A stretch of DNA of 64,000 nucleotides from the NCBI GenBank assembly GCA_965655095.1, contig OZ296659.1, positions 65,224,001-65,288,000 on the forward strand, given 5' to 3'. Below the pieces are notes generated by a model. That model was not told the origin of the DNA. It did not search any database and saw only the letters and a list, made by a program, of their open reading frames with translations. Positions 11,926 to 25,100 of the stretch are shown here, piece by piece. Source of the DNA: Haplodiscus bocki. Its lineage: Eukaryota. Positions within the stretch are counted from its first letter, which is position 1; every line of letters begins with the position of its first letter. The translations under genes and the position numbers were made by a program.

Positions 11926-14887
11926 ACTAGTTTGAAATGTTACCTAAAGAATTGCTCTATTTTTAAACATTGGAATAGAATTCAATAACTTTGCGAACTT
12001 GTGGTTTGTCCTTGCCAGAAACAATAGTTTGAAGTTCAATTCGACAAAATTTGTCACAACTAAAATAACTCATTTGTAAATAGGGACAATTACTAAAATC
12101 AATAATAAATCAGCAATTACACAAATATGGTTCAAAACTGTTTGAGAAAAGTATAATAGAGCAATAGGCCACGTCTGGTTTTCCTTTTTATTGTTATTTT
12201 TTCAAAAATAATTTTGCTTAATGGCGTTTGAGAGTTTTATTTAGTCTTTAAGTCGCTCCTTCTTCCTTTCTGCAAAATTCAAATATTTTCTTTTTTCCAT
12301 TTCTTCTATAAGTTTTCCATTTAAAATTCCTATTTTCTCAATTAAAATTTATGATCTTTCAGTTCGTTTTTTATTCCATTTTTTGATTAATTTTTCCCGT
12401 GTTTTCTACTGCCTTTCAGATTCAATTTGGATTATTGCGTTTTGTCGTTTTTTCTGTGCGTTTTGTATGATTTTTTTTGTTCTTCAACAGCTAGCTCTTT
12501 TTCCTTTTGAACTTCCGGATTATTTCTGATTGTCCCCATAAATTCAGTCATTAGATTATTTGTGAAAACTTCATCAATCATTTCTTCGAGGGACGAAAAA
12601 TTATCTTTATGAAAGTTGGTTTCACGTTCACTTCTCGCCTTTTACAAGAGTTGAGGTTGCAGAGGGCCTTTGGGAGCTCTTTGTTTTTTTAACTTTACTT
12701 CCTTTAGACAGACTGTGCGTATTCATGTCATTTCTGCATCATTTGTTTGTTGGATAAGAAAAACCCAGCTGTTTTGCAAATTTTTGTGTTAATTCAGGGT
12801 AACTAGCTTTTGTTTCCATAAACTTTAGCAAAAAAAGTTGTTTGCTTAGTTGTGGTCTCGAATTTGAGTCCAACTTTGCAGGTTTGAGTGTTGAAGTGAT
12901 AGGTAAATTAGAGCACCTTAATAATGTATAAAACTGAAGGTAAATTGTTTTTCTGTTCGAAAAAAGATGACAACATTCCCGGAAAAACGTCCTTCTCTGA
13001 GGGACCTCACACATTCATTGCAAATGAAACATTTGGAGATCTCAGTTATAATTTTAACCTTTAACAAATCGATCCAACACTAAATGATACAGTACTACTT
13101 AAATTGGTTTGTAAAAAGATTAGCGGAGTCAACATTTTATTTCGTAATCGTTGTGATAAATTGCACTAAATTTGAAGGGACATGTTTTATCTGAATCTCC
13201 TCGCATAATTTTCGATGAAAATGTTGGATGAATTGTTTGTTTTTGTCAGTACTGTCTGACTTATGTTTCTTAGGAAAACAAAAAAGACATCAAATTGAAA
13301 AAATTTCATCAGTCAGTACTCAAAAAAGTCTCCAAGAAACTTTCGTGAGCAGTTTGAAAAAAGATGTCAAAAGTAAGAAAATTGCTGAGCTTTTTTTAAT
13401 AATCGAACTTTTGGTTGGAGCAAGGCGAATTTTGATGAAGGTGTCAATTTTAGGGAAAAAACTAAATGCTGAGAGGACAAAACGTACCTTAATGACTTTA
13501 TTCAAAATCAAAACTTTCTTTCCATCACATGTTTTGATTTGTACAATTTGTCTGCTACCTTCAAATCAGCACTAGATGCAAATCCTTCAAAAAAACACCG
13601 AAGATTAGAGCAAGACAACAGCATTGATTTTTTACTTCCATGTCAAAATTGCATGCAACGTAAATTTAAAATTTAGCTCCAGCAATCTGTCTGCGGGTTT
13701 ACGTATATTAGTTTCATGTTTAACTTACCATTTAGGAAGTTCAATTTTTCTCATCTAAAAAGTGAAAGCGTCACATTTTTGAACATTTCAATTTTGATTT
13801 AATTTCATAGTTTTTCGGTGTGATCAATACTTACACTTCCGTCAAAATGATTGAAAAGAAACGAGAGTTGAAATGATTTTAATCATTCCTTTGATACTAC
13901 TCTTTTTCAATTCATGGTATTTTGACTGGTTAACGTCACCTGAAAAGTTTAATCAACCTATCCACCGTCTCACTAGCAGACAGTCATGGTGGATTAGCTC
14001 AGATTCAAAGGTGTGTCCAATCACGAAAGTAGCTTTAGGTTGACCGGCGAATCAATACAAAAACCCTTTGTTTGGGTTCGTCACCACGAGTGATCAATTC
14101 AGTTAACCACTGAAGTGTTTCTGTTGTGTTTTTACCTTTTCCGTGTCGGAGGCTTATAAAAAAGCATAAGATTTTTCAAAAAGTTTTTTGAACATTTTTT
14201 CTTATAATTGTATTTGTATATGTGTATAAATAGATGGATGCAAAATTTGCTATTTGGTAGATGTTTTTTATGTTGGAAGGTACAGACAATATTTTGGTAA
14301 ATGGTACATATTTTTAAAACGTTTTCCGGGAGTTGATATACAAATGAAATGCTTGGCATAGTTTTATTGGGAGATAATAAGTTAAATTGATTTGGGATGC
14401 TCCTACTTTTTTTTAAAAGACCCCATACCTAAAACGCAGCTTTTGTATCCGCTATTGAGTCTTTGTATTTTGCGATGCCTGAATAGGACTGTTTCAATTG
14501 CAATTTTTTGCTGTTTTCCCAATATCTCGATTCTGTTAATCAGTTTTTGGGGTCTTAAAGAGGCCTTGTTGTCGTCGGCGATCCTGTCAAGTGGCCTATA
14601 TTGAGCCCGTGAACTAAGAGCTTCCGATTTCAAACCTCAAATGTAAGAACCATTGTTGCCTGCCATTAACTGCAAATTTTGTTTGTGGAAAACAACACTG
14701 TCTAACAACTTCATTTACGTTTTTTTCCTTTTGACTAGCTGGTTGGACAGGTTTATATTTGAAAATCTTCGCTCTGAATGTTGAACGACAGCGGGGAAAA
14801 AATTTCCGGCGAATTTCTGTTAAAAGAGAGGCATTTTGTAAATCGCCTTGATTTTTCTAAGAAAATGTCGATGATTTATAATCGGAA

Positions 14888-14960
14888 GTTTTTAAGACAC
14901 GCTGGTAACCTTGGCTAATTTTCTAAGAGACGCTGGTAACCGCTGTTAGTTTTCTACGAA
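14888..14960. repeat. Short degenerate tandem repeat (~31 bp unit, TTTTCTAAGAGACGCTGGTAACC core)
   Basis: ACGCTGGTAACC occurs twice 31 bp apart, with weaker flanking units. Confidence 0.6.
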
Positions 14961-15384
14961 GTCTCGGGTTTTCGTTTTTTCCCGCCGATCTGCCGCTATT
15001 GTAGAAATTTATCAACCAAGTTTTCGACCCCAGTCTTCATTTGAATCAAGCTAAAAAAACTTCCGATTGTGAAAAAGCTATTTTCTTCACTTTTTTCAAT
15101 AATATAATTGACGAGCAACCTGTTATGTAGAAAAACTTGTGAGCAAATAAACCAACTTCGAATCTAATTCGTGGATTGTTATCGAATGTTTTTGGAAGAT
15201 CATCCATAATTCATGGAACCTGATCAGTGACTCATGGAGTACTTTCCATGGTTCGTGAAATCTTACCACTGATTCAATAACATCACAATGATTTATGGCA
15301 TATCATTCATGATTAATGGAATATCTTTCATGCGTCGTGAACTATTGTGAGAACGAAAACAAAGAAAAAAAACCAAAAAATCAA

Positions 15385-16600
15385 GGTGACGTACAGCGTG
15401 AGGGTCTGAAATCACTATGTGAGGCAACCTATTTACTGTATCATCCATTTTAGAATGAGGATCATTCTGAGGACAGTCCTCTTTACCTTCCTAGTTTTTC
15501 CTGTTAGTGTCCTGGGAAGGCCACGAAAAGGTTTCGGATTGCAGCCGGACTACTGACTTGAGAAACTTGTCTATTTTGACTGTGCGCCTAAGATTCGGCT
15601 TTTTGTGTTTCTAAATTCCTGAGATATCTTTCTGATAACCCTACCTTCATTTTTCTCGGATAGCTCCGCGATGTACTCTTTTTTATTTGTGGGAGCATCT
15701 GTGCCTCTCGACAAATTGTTCTTAGGATGCTTCTTTTGACTTTCTCTGCTGACTGCAGGTAATTTCTTCTTGTTCCTTATTTTAGCCATTGGGAAAAAAT
15801 CATCAACTTTGAAGACTGATTTGACTTTTTAGTTCATTTGTAATATTCAATTGGGAGAAAAAATGTTAACATCTGCTTTTTATAATTGGTACGGAAATTC
15901 ATAATTTAACGACTGGTTAATAGCATCAGTACAATTTTTCAAATCTTTGTTTTGTTTTTTCCCTTTTAGAATTTTTCTTTTGCGGGAATCATGTTTGTTT
16001 ACACGCCAATTCAACTTGAAAAACAGGGAGAAAACTGTAATTTTTCATACTGAAGATACATCAAAGTAAATTGCCGACTCAAGCCCGAAAAAAACATCTC
16101 TCCGTCCATTTTACTACTTTTAAGTTGTGTCCATTCCATCTTTTGACGCAAAAAAATAGTAAGAGCTTATCTGTCGCGAACGTACGTCAGAGTTGTTATT
16201 CCCGAAGCGACATTTTGTTTCCCAATGTATTTGCATCGGATAAATCTTTTCAATAATTGGGAAATGAAAATTGTTGAATTTCAACAACTGAAACAATAAA
16301 TACAAAAATCGCATGTCAAAAGCATGATGGCTCACTTGAAATGGTAGTTAAAACTGAGTAGAAACTAAGAAAGTTCCTAGTCTGTTCTTCATTGGTACTA
16401 CTGTGTTCCACAACAGGTCTCTACTTACAAGTAACACTGTTAGTAGCAGCTATTGGTAATGGTCGATCTAGGCAGCGGAACTGAAATCCGTATTCTGCCA
16501 CACTAGCGGTTGAGTGAATTCTTCCAGGAAAACACCAGACTAGTGACGACGAAACACGTTCGGAACGAACAATCGTTCCTGGAGTCTCTAATATTGTCAT
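15385..16600 (-). repeat. Partial/solo LTR of family A with Gag N-terminal ORF remnant (15571-15789)
   Basis: MAKIRNKKKLPAVSRESQKKHPKNN...EYIAELSEKNEGRVIRKISQEF aligns with 31462-31671. 15900-16050 is reverse-complement homologous to 31240-31370 (TTGGCGTGTAAACAA, ATTGTACTGATGCT). 5' end not found. Confidence 0.78.
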
Positions 16601-16937
16601 TCAGCTGTGTTGTCTGGTTTATTAATTGATAGCATCAATTCCACTGTTTGCGTTGTGATACTGCAGGTCAGTCAGTTTAGAGTTTTAAAGGTGCATATAG
16701 AACCAAAAACCCGCAGACTTCGGACTTTTGCCGCGACATTTGTTCTTATGAGAATATCAGTTGAAAAATTTTTTCTTCAATTTTTTTTCTGCAAAAAACA
16801 TGTAAAATTTTTACTATTCACTTGGTTGAGCTTTTATAGCAGAAAGCTGTTCAAAACGATAAAAATTTCTGATGCAAATATTTCAAAACTTTCGTTTTTG
16901 GAAATGTTGCAACACTAATTTGTGAAACTAGTGTAGA

Positions 16938-16977
16938 TTGCATTTTGTGCATTTTGTGCATTTTGCGTTTTGTGCAT
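16938..16977. repeat. 9-bp microsatellite (TGCATTTTG)n
   Basis: ttgcattttgtgcattttgtgcattttgcgttttgtgcat. Confidence 0.8.
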
Positions 16978-17499
16978 GGGTTAATGCCTTCAAATTAAAA
17001 AATTTCGCGTGTTCTTGTTTGAATTTTTTTTTGAAAACTTGAAATAAGTGCCAGCCTTGATTACTATTTCACGTCGAGATGTTGTTCCGAAATTGAAATA
17101 TCAAGCTTTCTCATTGGACTTTGTTCTCCACTCAATTGACAACTCAGTGGTATTTACTCTACGCATACTTTCTCGAGCGGAAAATCTACTATTTAAGCTT
17201 AATCACAGAACTCGAGCTTCGGATTGGGAATATCTGCTTAGACCTTGACCAGGTTTTCTTACGCTTTCGAGTTTTTAACAGCTTTTGTGAGTGAAAAAAC
17301 TTCGAGTCATTTTTACACCCGAAAAGTTCTTCGGTTCTTTTGATTAGTTTGTCTCAACTATGTTTTCAGTTTGAAGTTCTTTCAGCATTATCGAATTTTT
17401 TATGTTTCAAATTAACTGGAAATATCCGACAAAGCCCCAGCGCTGAAAATTTTAATAAAAAATTAATTCTTAAAAAAGTATTTTTTTTTCGGAAGAACT

Positions 17500-20400
17500 T
17501 CCTAAGACAACCGCAACGAAGTTCTTTCCCGGGCATCACAGAAACAAAAAATCAATTCTGAAAAAGGTTTGCATCTCAATCATTGTAGCTTGAAACTATC
17601 CAGAAAGCGCTTTTGGATTTGATAATTTTGGATATTAAACCAAGTTTCTACGAGAATACCGGCCGGCTTTCTCTTCCTTCCATCAAGGTTGCAGCAGACA
17701 ACCTTCGATACTATACTTGTCACATTATTCGAATTAAACTAATTCCAAAACCAGAGGCAGAATTCTTTTCACCAAGGTATCCAAGGACAGCTTTCTATTT
17801 GTACAGGTGTGTTCGTGACTTTTAGGTTCGATATTGTCATTGTTTATTGCATCGAAAACTTGGTGCGCTCAGAATGCCAACGAGTGCACTTGTTTTTGGG
17901 TTTCCTGCACAATCTCACTCAACAGTTTCCGGAACTACCGACTTGATTTTTGTCAACAACATATCAATCAACAACTTTTTCTGTTAATGTTTTCTTTAGA
18001 TTGCATTATCGTCTGTGCTCCTTGCATAGAAATGTTGATGGGCCGAAGAGGCTAAAAAATGTAACTATTGCTGATTTAATTGCTACTTCCTTCAAAATTA
18101 ACTTTGGGATATTAATCTGACAATGGAAAATTATTCCTCTTCAGAAGAATTGTTGATAGTCACATCTTCGGTTTTGTTTTATCGCTCACTAGCTTTATAG
18201 GCCATAAAAGTCCAAAAGAGCAAAAACAGTCAATTCTGATGATTAGTTAAGGACCTTGTTCACTAGAATTGCCGGTTGGTTTTATTCAGTCATGTCAATA
18301 CGCAGTCACTTCTGTGTAATGATTTTTAGATAGAAACATCCTTGTTGCATTCATTGAAGCAGCAACCTGACAGGTGGAAAATGGCAACAAATTTAATCCA
18401 TAGAATTTCTTGTCGATGCTCTAGTTTAGGTTTCTAAAAAATTACCAGTTGGATTTCCACCAACAAGGTTTCTACCAACCCAGTTCTATATTTGTAAATT
18501 TTTCTCCTGAAAACATTGTCATTTTATTCGCAGCAATAGCCTAAATTGGCAGCAACTATAAAAAGTAAAAATTTATCTCGACATTCAGTTTCACAATTCA
18601 GGGTTTGCATTGAGAATTTGCTATGTGAACACTTTGGATTAACAATATTTTTCTTTTCCATATTATATTCAATTCAGTAGTCGAAGTTGTTTTCCTTGTC
18701 TTGGAAATGCTCATGTTGTGCAGACTTCGTGTCTGCAGAAACGTTAGAGGTGTGCATCAAAATTGTTTCACATGGCACCTCGGTAGTGGGTTGGAATTCC
18801 GCTATCGACCATATCTTTCAAGCTCTTTCAGATACTCGGTAACACGTTTTTTAAAGGCAAAAACAGGGTTTTCTCGACAAAGTTCTTGATAAGGCGGCTC
18901 TCTTTTTTTGCAAAACTACCCCTTCACCGAACTTGAGGAAAACAAATCGATTGTTCTTTTTTCAAGTTTGAGAAATTTTTTATTATTTCCGTACAAGAAT
19001 TGATAAAAAAGTCTATATATACTTTGGAAAGTTTAATTAAAAAATTAAAAAAGCACTTAGTTGTACAATTTTTCAGTTCTCTTGGTATCAGTTTTTTCAC
19101 AATCTTGTTTTTTCCAAGGCCAATTTTTGCAAATTTAATTCGCTAAAATAGTGGGTGTAGAGTATCGCTCTGTGATTTCCTCACTGCGATAATGCGAAAA
19201 ACTCAATAAGTATTGAACCCCCTTGTTTTTAAAACTATTATTCCTGCAAAAATATAGTGTTTAGGTGTTTGATCTTGGACACAATTGAAAAATTTTTCCT
19301 GGTGGATTTTTTCTGTGGGAGAATTTTCGATTTTGCACCCTGCATCAGAGTCCATGGAGTCCATAAATTACAAAAACGGCTTCTTATATTGATTTACTTT
19401 GATATTCAAACTGTTACTTTTCGAAAGTTGATGCTTATATCGTTCCAAAATGGCATTAATCGAAAATTTGATAACTGTAGAGCAAGATTTGTTTGACGTT
19501 TGAGAACACAATCTTTCTGCTCCTTCCATTAGCATCTTGGTAGTCAGAAAAAACCATATAAAATTTGTTTGTAAAAATATGTCTCGATATTCAAACTCAA
19601 GTATTTTTAGTAACAGGTTTGATTCCTTCCAGTAAGGTCTCAAACAAAAACTTTTTTATAGAGGACGATTCACTTCAGAAATCATTTCTTTTTTTGTCCT
19701 TGCATTTGAATACCGACAGTCCGAAACTTCCAGAAAAAATCTAGTTTGAATTTAAATTGATTTTCTGGCTCATAATTCCTAAAACCACAGCCTTCGTTTG
19801 TTCCATCAAGGTCTTTATCAAAAATTGTCCAAATGCAAAGATTCCTTCGATGGTGATTGTGTTAATTTTTTCCCTTGCATCAAAATTCTGATAGTCCAAA
19901 ACTGAAAAACGATTGATTTTTTTCTTGATGTTGACTCTATAACATCCCGATAACCACAGTCTGAATTTTTTCCGTCAAAGTCATAATCGAAAAACTTTCA
20001 AATGTAAAAAAACTTTGCGATGGGAAAATTGCCGATTTCCTTTGCACAAGTACCATGATAGTCCAATTTTTTCCAACAACCGTAACTGCAAATGAACTTA
20101 CCGCTAAATAGTTAATTGTTTGGTAAAACTTACGCGCATTTCTTCCACTATGTCTCATCCAAATTTTTTTGCTTTTGGCGGACCAATTAATTTCAGAGTT
20201 ATGGTTTTCGTTCCCTATGTCGACATTCTGATAGTCCAAAAATTCCGAAAGAACTTCTTCATCATGAGGTATCTGGACATTCAAAAAATTACTTCTCCGT
20301 AACAACAGCCTTGAAATTCTACAGCAAATCTCCAATCAAAGCTTTGTATTTTCAACCAACTGCTCAATTTAAAAATGATTGATTTTGCTCCGTACATTGG

Positions 20401-23400
20401 TACCTCCATAGTCAAAAAATTAAAAAAGTCCTGTTTTCATGATTTATCTAAACCTTCAAACTTTCATTTCTCTCTGAAAACAGGCTGAATATCTTCCAAC
20501 ACATCCCAACTGAAAACTTCAAACTCTCAAGCCAATATTCGATTGAAAACTCAGTGATTCTTTCTTGGATTCCAATTCTGAAACTCCCAAAGTTTCAAAG
20601 AAAGTTTTTCATATTAAATTTTCTCGATATTGAAACTCGTTTTTGTCAGTAATTAGATGCTTCACTTCCACCACCAACATCTTAATCGAGAAATTGAGTT
20701 TGTAGAGGGGTATTAGATGAAAAAATGATTACTTTGTTCCCTGTATCAGAAACTTGATAGTCAGAAAACTCCAAAAAGTGCTTCAAATTTTGACTCATCT
20801 CTGCATTCGAAGTCATATTTCTCCGTAACTACAGGCTCCATTTCTTCCACCAAAGTGGCAATTGTAAGATTTCTGCTTTTCCAGGAGTAAAAATTTTCGT
20901 GCCCATTTTTTGCGATCCTTGCGATGGAAATCTGATAGTCCAAAATGGTCATAAACTGTTTTCATTAAGGAATCTCCTCAATTTTCTGATTTTCTAATTC
21001 GTGTTTCTCAATAAGAAAGCTTCTTATTTCAGTTGGAAGCTTTGATTCGGAATTTCTAGTAGTAGAATCTTGATGAATCAGAGTTGCCAGTAACTGCTAT
21101 TAGTCTTGACATACCTCGATTTTCAAATTTATTTCCCTTCATTTGCACTTGTTTTTCTTTTTCTATCCTGTTGTCAATCGATGATTTTATACTTTAGGTG
21201 GACTTTTTGCTTCTACAGATCCTACAGTTTTTTCTTTGCATCGGAATTGGAAATCTGATTGGTCAGGTGCGGCAAAAGTGCATTTAGTTGGGAATATCTG
21301 GATGCTCCAACCGATCCTGCTCAAATACTGGAGGTTTCAATTCTCCCAGCGAGGTTTGATTCGCCGCTGTCAGGCTGTTAGATGACTCCTTGACTGAACA
21401 ATCTCTGTTTTTGTTTCGTACTTTGAAATCTCGATAAGCCGAAAATGCAGAAGAGATCCAATAATAATGTAATTCAGTTGATTTTCGAACTGTCAATTTC
21501 CTCTAAAACTACCGGTTTGAATTCTTCCATCAAAGTCTCTACTGACAATTTTCTTTTCTGGAAAATCGGTTCGTTTTCTGAATCCGTCTGTTGTATGTTC
21601 AGTAAATCATTTCTCTGCCCCTTTGACGGAAAATATCGCAGTGCGACTGCACCTTTTGTTTTCTTTCTTTGATTAATCGAAAAGAGTCAGCTGGTCATGT
21701 TTTTCGTCATTCAGATTCAATTTTTCCCTAGACTACCACCTACATTCCTACCGTCAAAGTCTTGATCGACATTTTCTGTGTTTAGGAAAATTTTAGACAA
21801 TAATAGAACATTTGTATGTAACCAACATGTATCTTCGAAAATATCGGTAGTTTTTTTCGTGAATGAGTGACCTAATCTTCCAAAAGATCAGAAAAGTTGA
21901 ACAGTCATGTTTTTTGTTGATTTCTAAATTTGAATTTCTCCAAAACCATAGCAGGCACCCAATAATTTAGTTGACAATTTCATTTCGCAACAAGGTAAAC
22001 GGTCTTCGCCAAACAGCTCTACCAGCAAAAATTTCGCTCGTCAATCAACTTCACGTTCAGCCAAAACTAAAAGTGGGAGTTTTTGCTTCAAGGCCTCAAT
22101 CAACGTCATTTCCTTCAGAAATATATTTTAATTTTGTCTCGAAGTTAGGCCGTTCTAACGAATACTGGATAGACCGAAAAAAGCTGTTTTTAATATTCTC
22201 CTTGTTTTCAATTTTAATTTACTCTAGATCTACGGAATGAAAATCATCCACGATGACTTCAATATACTGTTCTCTCGGTGTAGTGTTTCGTTTGGATAAA
22301 AGTGTTTTCAGTTTTTTCTTTCATTCAGTAGTCTAATTTGTCCACATTGCCAAAGTCTACATTTACTTTCGATTGTTTTGGTCAAGTAAAGTCACATCGC
22401 TTCATAACATTTTGTGGCCGTATAATATCAATCAAAGTGTCTGCGGACAGCTTTTTTGTGAAGGTCTTTTTGTCTTTGGTTTGTCTATTCTTTGCAAGAA
22501 TTGTTTCATGCAATCCAGATCGAAATCAACCTAATTTCAATTTCCGCCAAAAACTAAGGATTGGATACTTTTTACAAGTTTTCGATCAACAGGTCCATTT
22601 TGAAAAAGAGTTTTTCCCAATATTTTTTCAACTTTGCTCCAAGCATCAATATGGAATTAGTAATAATTCTCCTCGAGCTTCCCACGTGTCCTTCTGAAAA
22701 GCTACCCGCTGGATTTTTCAAATTAGACTCGACACATTTTTAGTTGTAAAGAACTGTCTTGAGAAAACACAATCATGGTTTTTAGTCCCTGAATAGAAAT
22801 TCTTGCTCCGAACATACCAGTGCTGTCATCAGCAAAAAATAATTTCACTCAGTCTCTCTAAATTACTGGCTGCAGTTCCTCAACCAACGTCACCATCGAC
22901 TGTTTCTTTTACGTAGAAGCAATTTATTCTGTAAAGTGCTCTTCTTTCGAGTTTTCGAAGACCTATTCAGCCAATTCTCCAGTTTTACTCGTCATGAGTT
23001 TTCGTTTACCTCCAGAACTGCACTCAGTTGACTGCCATCAGGATTTTAATGAACGTTTTTTTTTGCATGTAGAACGTTACCGACAAATAAATTGTTGACT
23101 TTGTTCCTGGAACAAGTGGTCAACCTTTCTATTATCTTAAAATATGCCTGCAGTTTCGATTTATATCAGTATTCAAACTCAAGTCAACCCATAACTTCCA
23201 ACTACAGCGCATCCATCAAGTTATGACGCAGAATTTTGTATTCCTGTGAGGCCTTCATGTAATAAATCCTTCGCTTTTTTGTAAATCAGTAACTGCATGC
23301 AAAAGCACCTGTACTTCATCTCCAGATATGTTGATTTAGAGTTTCCGTTCTGTTGAAGACTTTTCATAAATAATTTGTTTGGTTCCTTCCATCGAATCTG

Positions 23401-25100
23401 AGGGCCTGAAAATGGCAAAAAGTTTTCTCGATGTTCAAGCTCATTTCTCTTCAAGATCTCCGAGCATGTTCATCACCAAGAATTACTCAAAACTAGTTGG
23501 CTATTGATTGAAATGTCTTCCTTGAATTTATCTTCTTAGACCAAGTTTGTGAAAAAAAGCTGGTGCCGTCGACTTCTCGCAACATTTATACTCAAGTTTC
23601 TGCAAAACAACCAGTCGTAATTCATTTACAAAGTAGTTTATTGGGGAGTCCGATTGGTGAAAGGTACGTTTTTTTCATGATCATTAGTTTTTTCTGCGAA
23701 ACTGGAACGTCAGAAGGCAACGTAGTCTAAAAATGCTATTAGTATCAAATGTCTTGTTTTCTACATTGAGACATATTTGAATCCAAAACATTCAAGGAGG
23801 TATCTTCCATCCTTGTACTCAACCTACAACTTGCTGCGTTTCGAAAGCTTTCCGATGACATTACAATTTCTCTTTTTGCTTTGAATCTTCAATCGACAAG
23901 CTGCAAGTGCCAAAATGTTTCACCAGGATTGTTTTTCTGGATAATACAAATCACGTTCCTCCAAAACTTGCGGCTGCATTTCTTCAATCAAAATGGAAAA
24001 ATTCGGTAGCTGTTCATCTGTATGGTGAATTTGTTGTTCAAATCTTTGACTGTATTCCTTTCATCGGAAAATTGATGGGCTGAAAATGCAAGAAGCAGTC
24101 TTTGATGATTTTGTACGATAACTAAGTTCATGTTTATGCAGAACTGCTGGTACGTTTTCTTTTTTCAGTATCTCAGTCGATAATTTCCTATGCCTAGAAA
24201 GATTCTTTGATTATACTTTTACTGACCGCGAATAAAAAGTTGACGCGCCAAAATTTCCAAAACGTGATAATAACGTCGAGTTTTCGTGTTATTGAAGATC
24301 AGATTTCTCGCGCAATACCAGCTGAATTTTTTCACTCAAGGTGTCAACCGACAGCTTTAATTATGTAGTACGTGTTCTAAACGTTTTATTCTAAGTTTCA
24401 CAGTTTGCCTGAAATTGGCAATTGGCTGAATGAGCCATAAAGTGCGACCAATAAAAACCTTTCTCAACTCCAATTCCAATTCCTTTTTCTGAGCGAACAA
24501 CTGACTGATTGTTCCACCAGATACTATATCCTAAACATTTTCATTCAAAAGCTTTTTCCATAGAGGCTTGTGTTTTGGCTTTTTCTTTGCATTAGAAATT
24601 TTAATATCAGAAAATGTCAAAAAGACGAATTTGTAGTATTTTTCTCGAGGACCAAGTTTTTGTTTCCCATTTGTCTGCTGGGATTCTTCGCAAAAGGTCT
24701 TTCTCGTCAGCTGTTTGTAGAATGTTTTTCTATTGCGGTTTCTTTCATAGGAAGTTGTTTTTTTTTCAGTCGACTTTTATAAAATCCGCGGTTTTGCTAA
24801 TTTCTTATGAAACGTGATTTCCTGTGCGTGCGAGCTTTCGTTCAATTTTGCTTTGCTGCCGTTCTCATTTTTATTTTATTTTATAGGGTAGATATGGTTG
24901 CAGGTAGCAATCTAGAGTGCTTGTATCTCATTGCCTCAAGTCAGAACAAAATCAAAGTTTTTACGTATTTTGATTTTTCAACCAATTTGTTCCTTTGGAC
25001 ACTTAGAAGTTAATATCTGGAAATTTACTTCTTCTGCAGCTATTTTGCACAAGTTTTCCTCTCAGAAGATCGGAAAAAGCTTAAACTCTTTGCTTTTTAG
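17500..25100. repeat. Highly degenerate tandem array, ~175 bp unit (clearest 19330-20950); possibly a dead repeat-protein gene
   Basis: Motif CCNTGCATC..ATTCTGATAGTCCAAAA at about 19340, 19520, 19700, 19873, 20039, 20214, 20390, 20563, 20739 and 20916. Companion motifs TCGATATTCAAACT and TCCATCAAAGTC..GACA recur out to ~24350. Confidence 0.7.

Noticed and set aside
11670-11935. ORFs spanning the N run
   Set aside because: Artefacts of the assembly gap.
15190-15350. TCATG(G/A)A-rich stretches (also ~8945-8995, ~61025-61180) as structured RNA
   Set aside because: They look like eroded short-period simple repeats; no consistent stem-loop.
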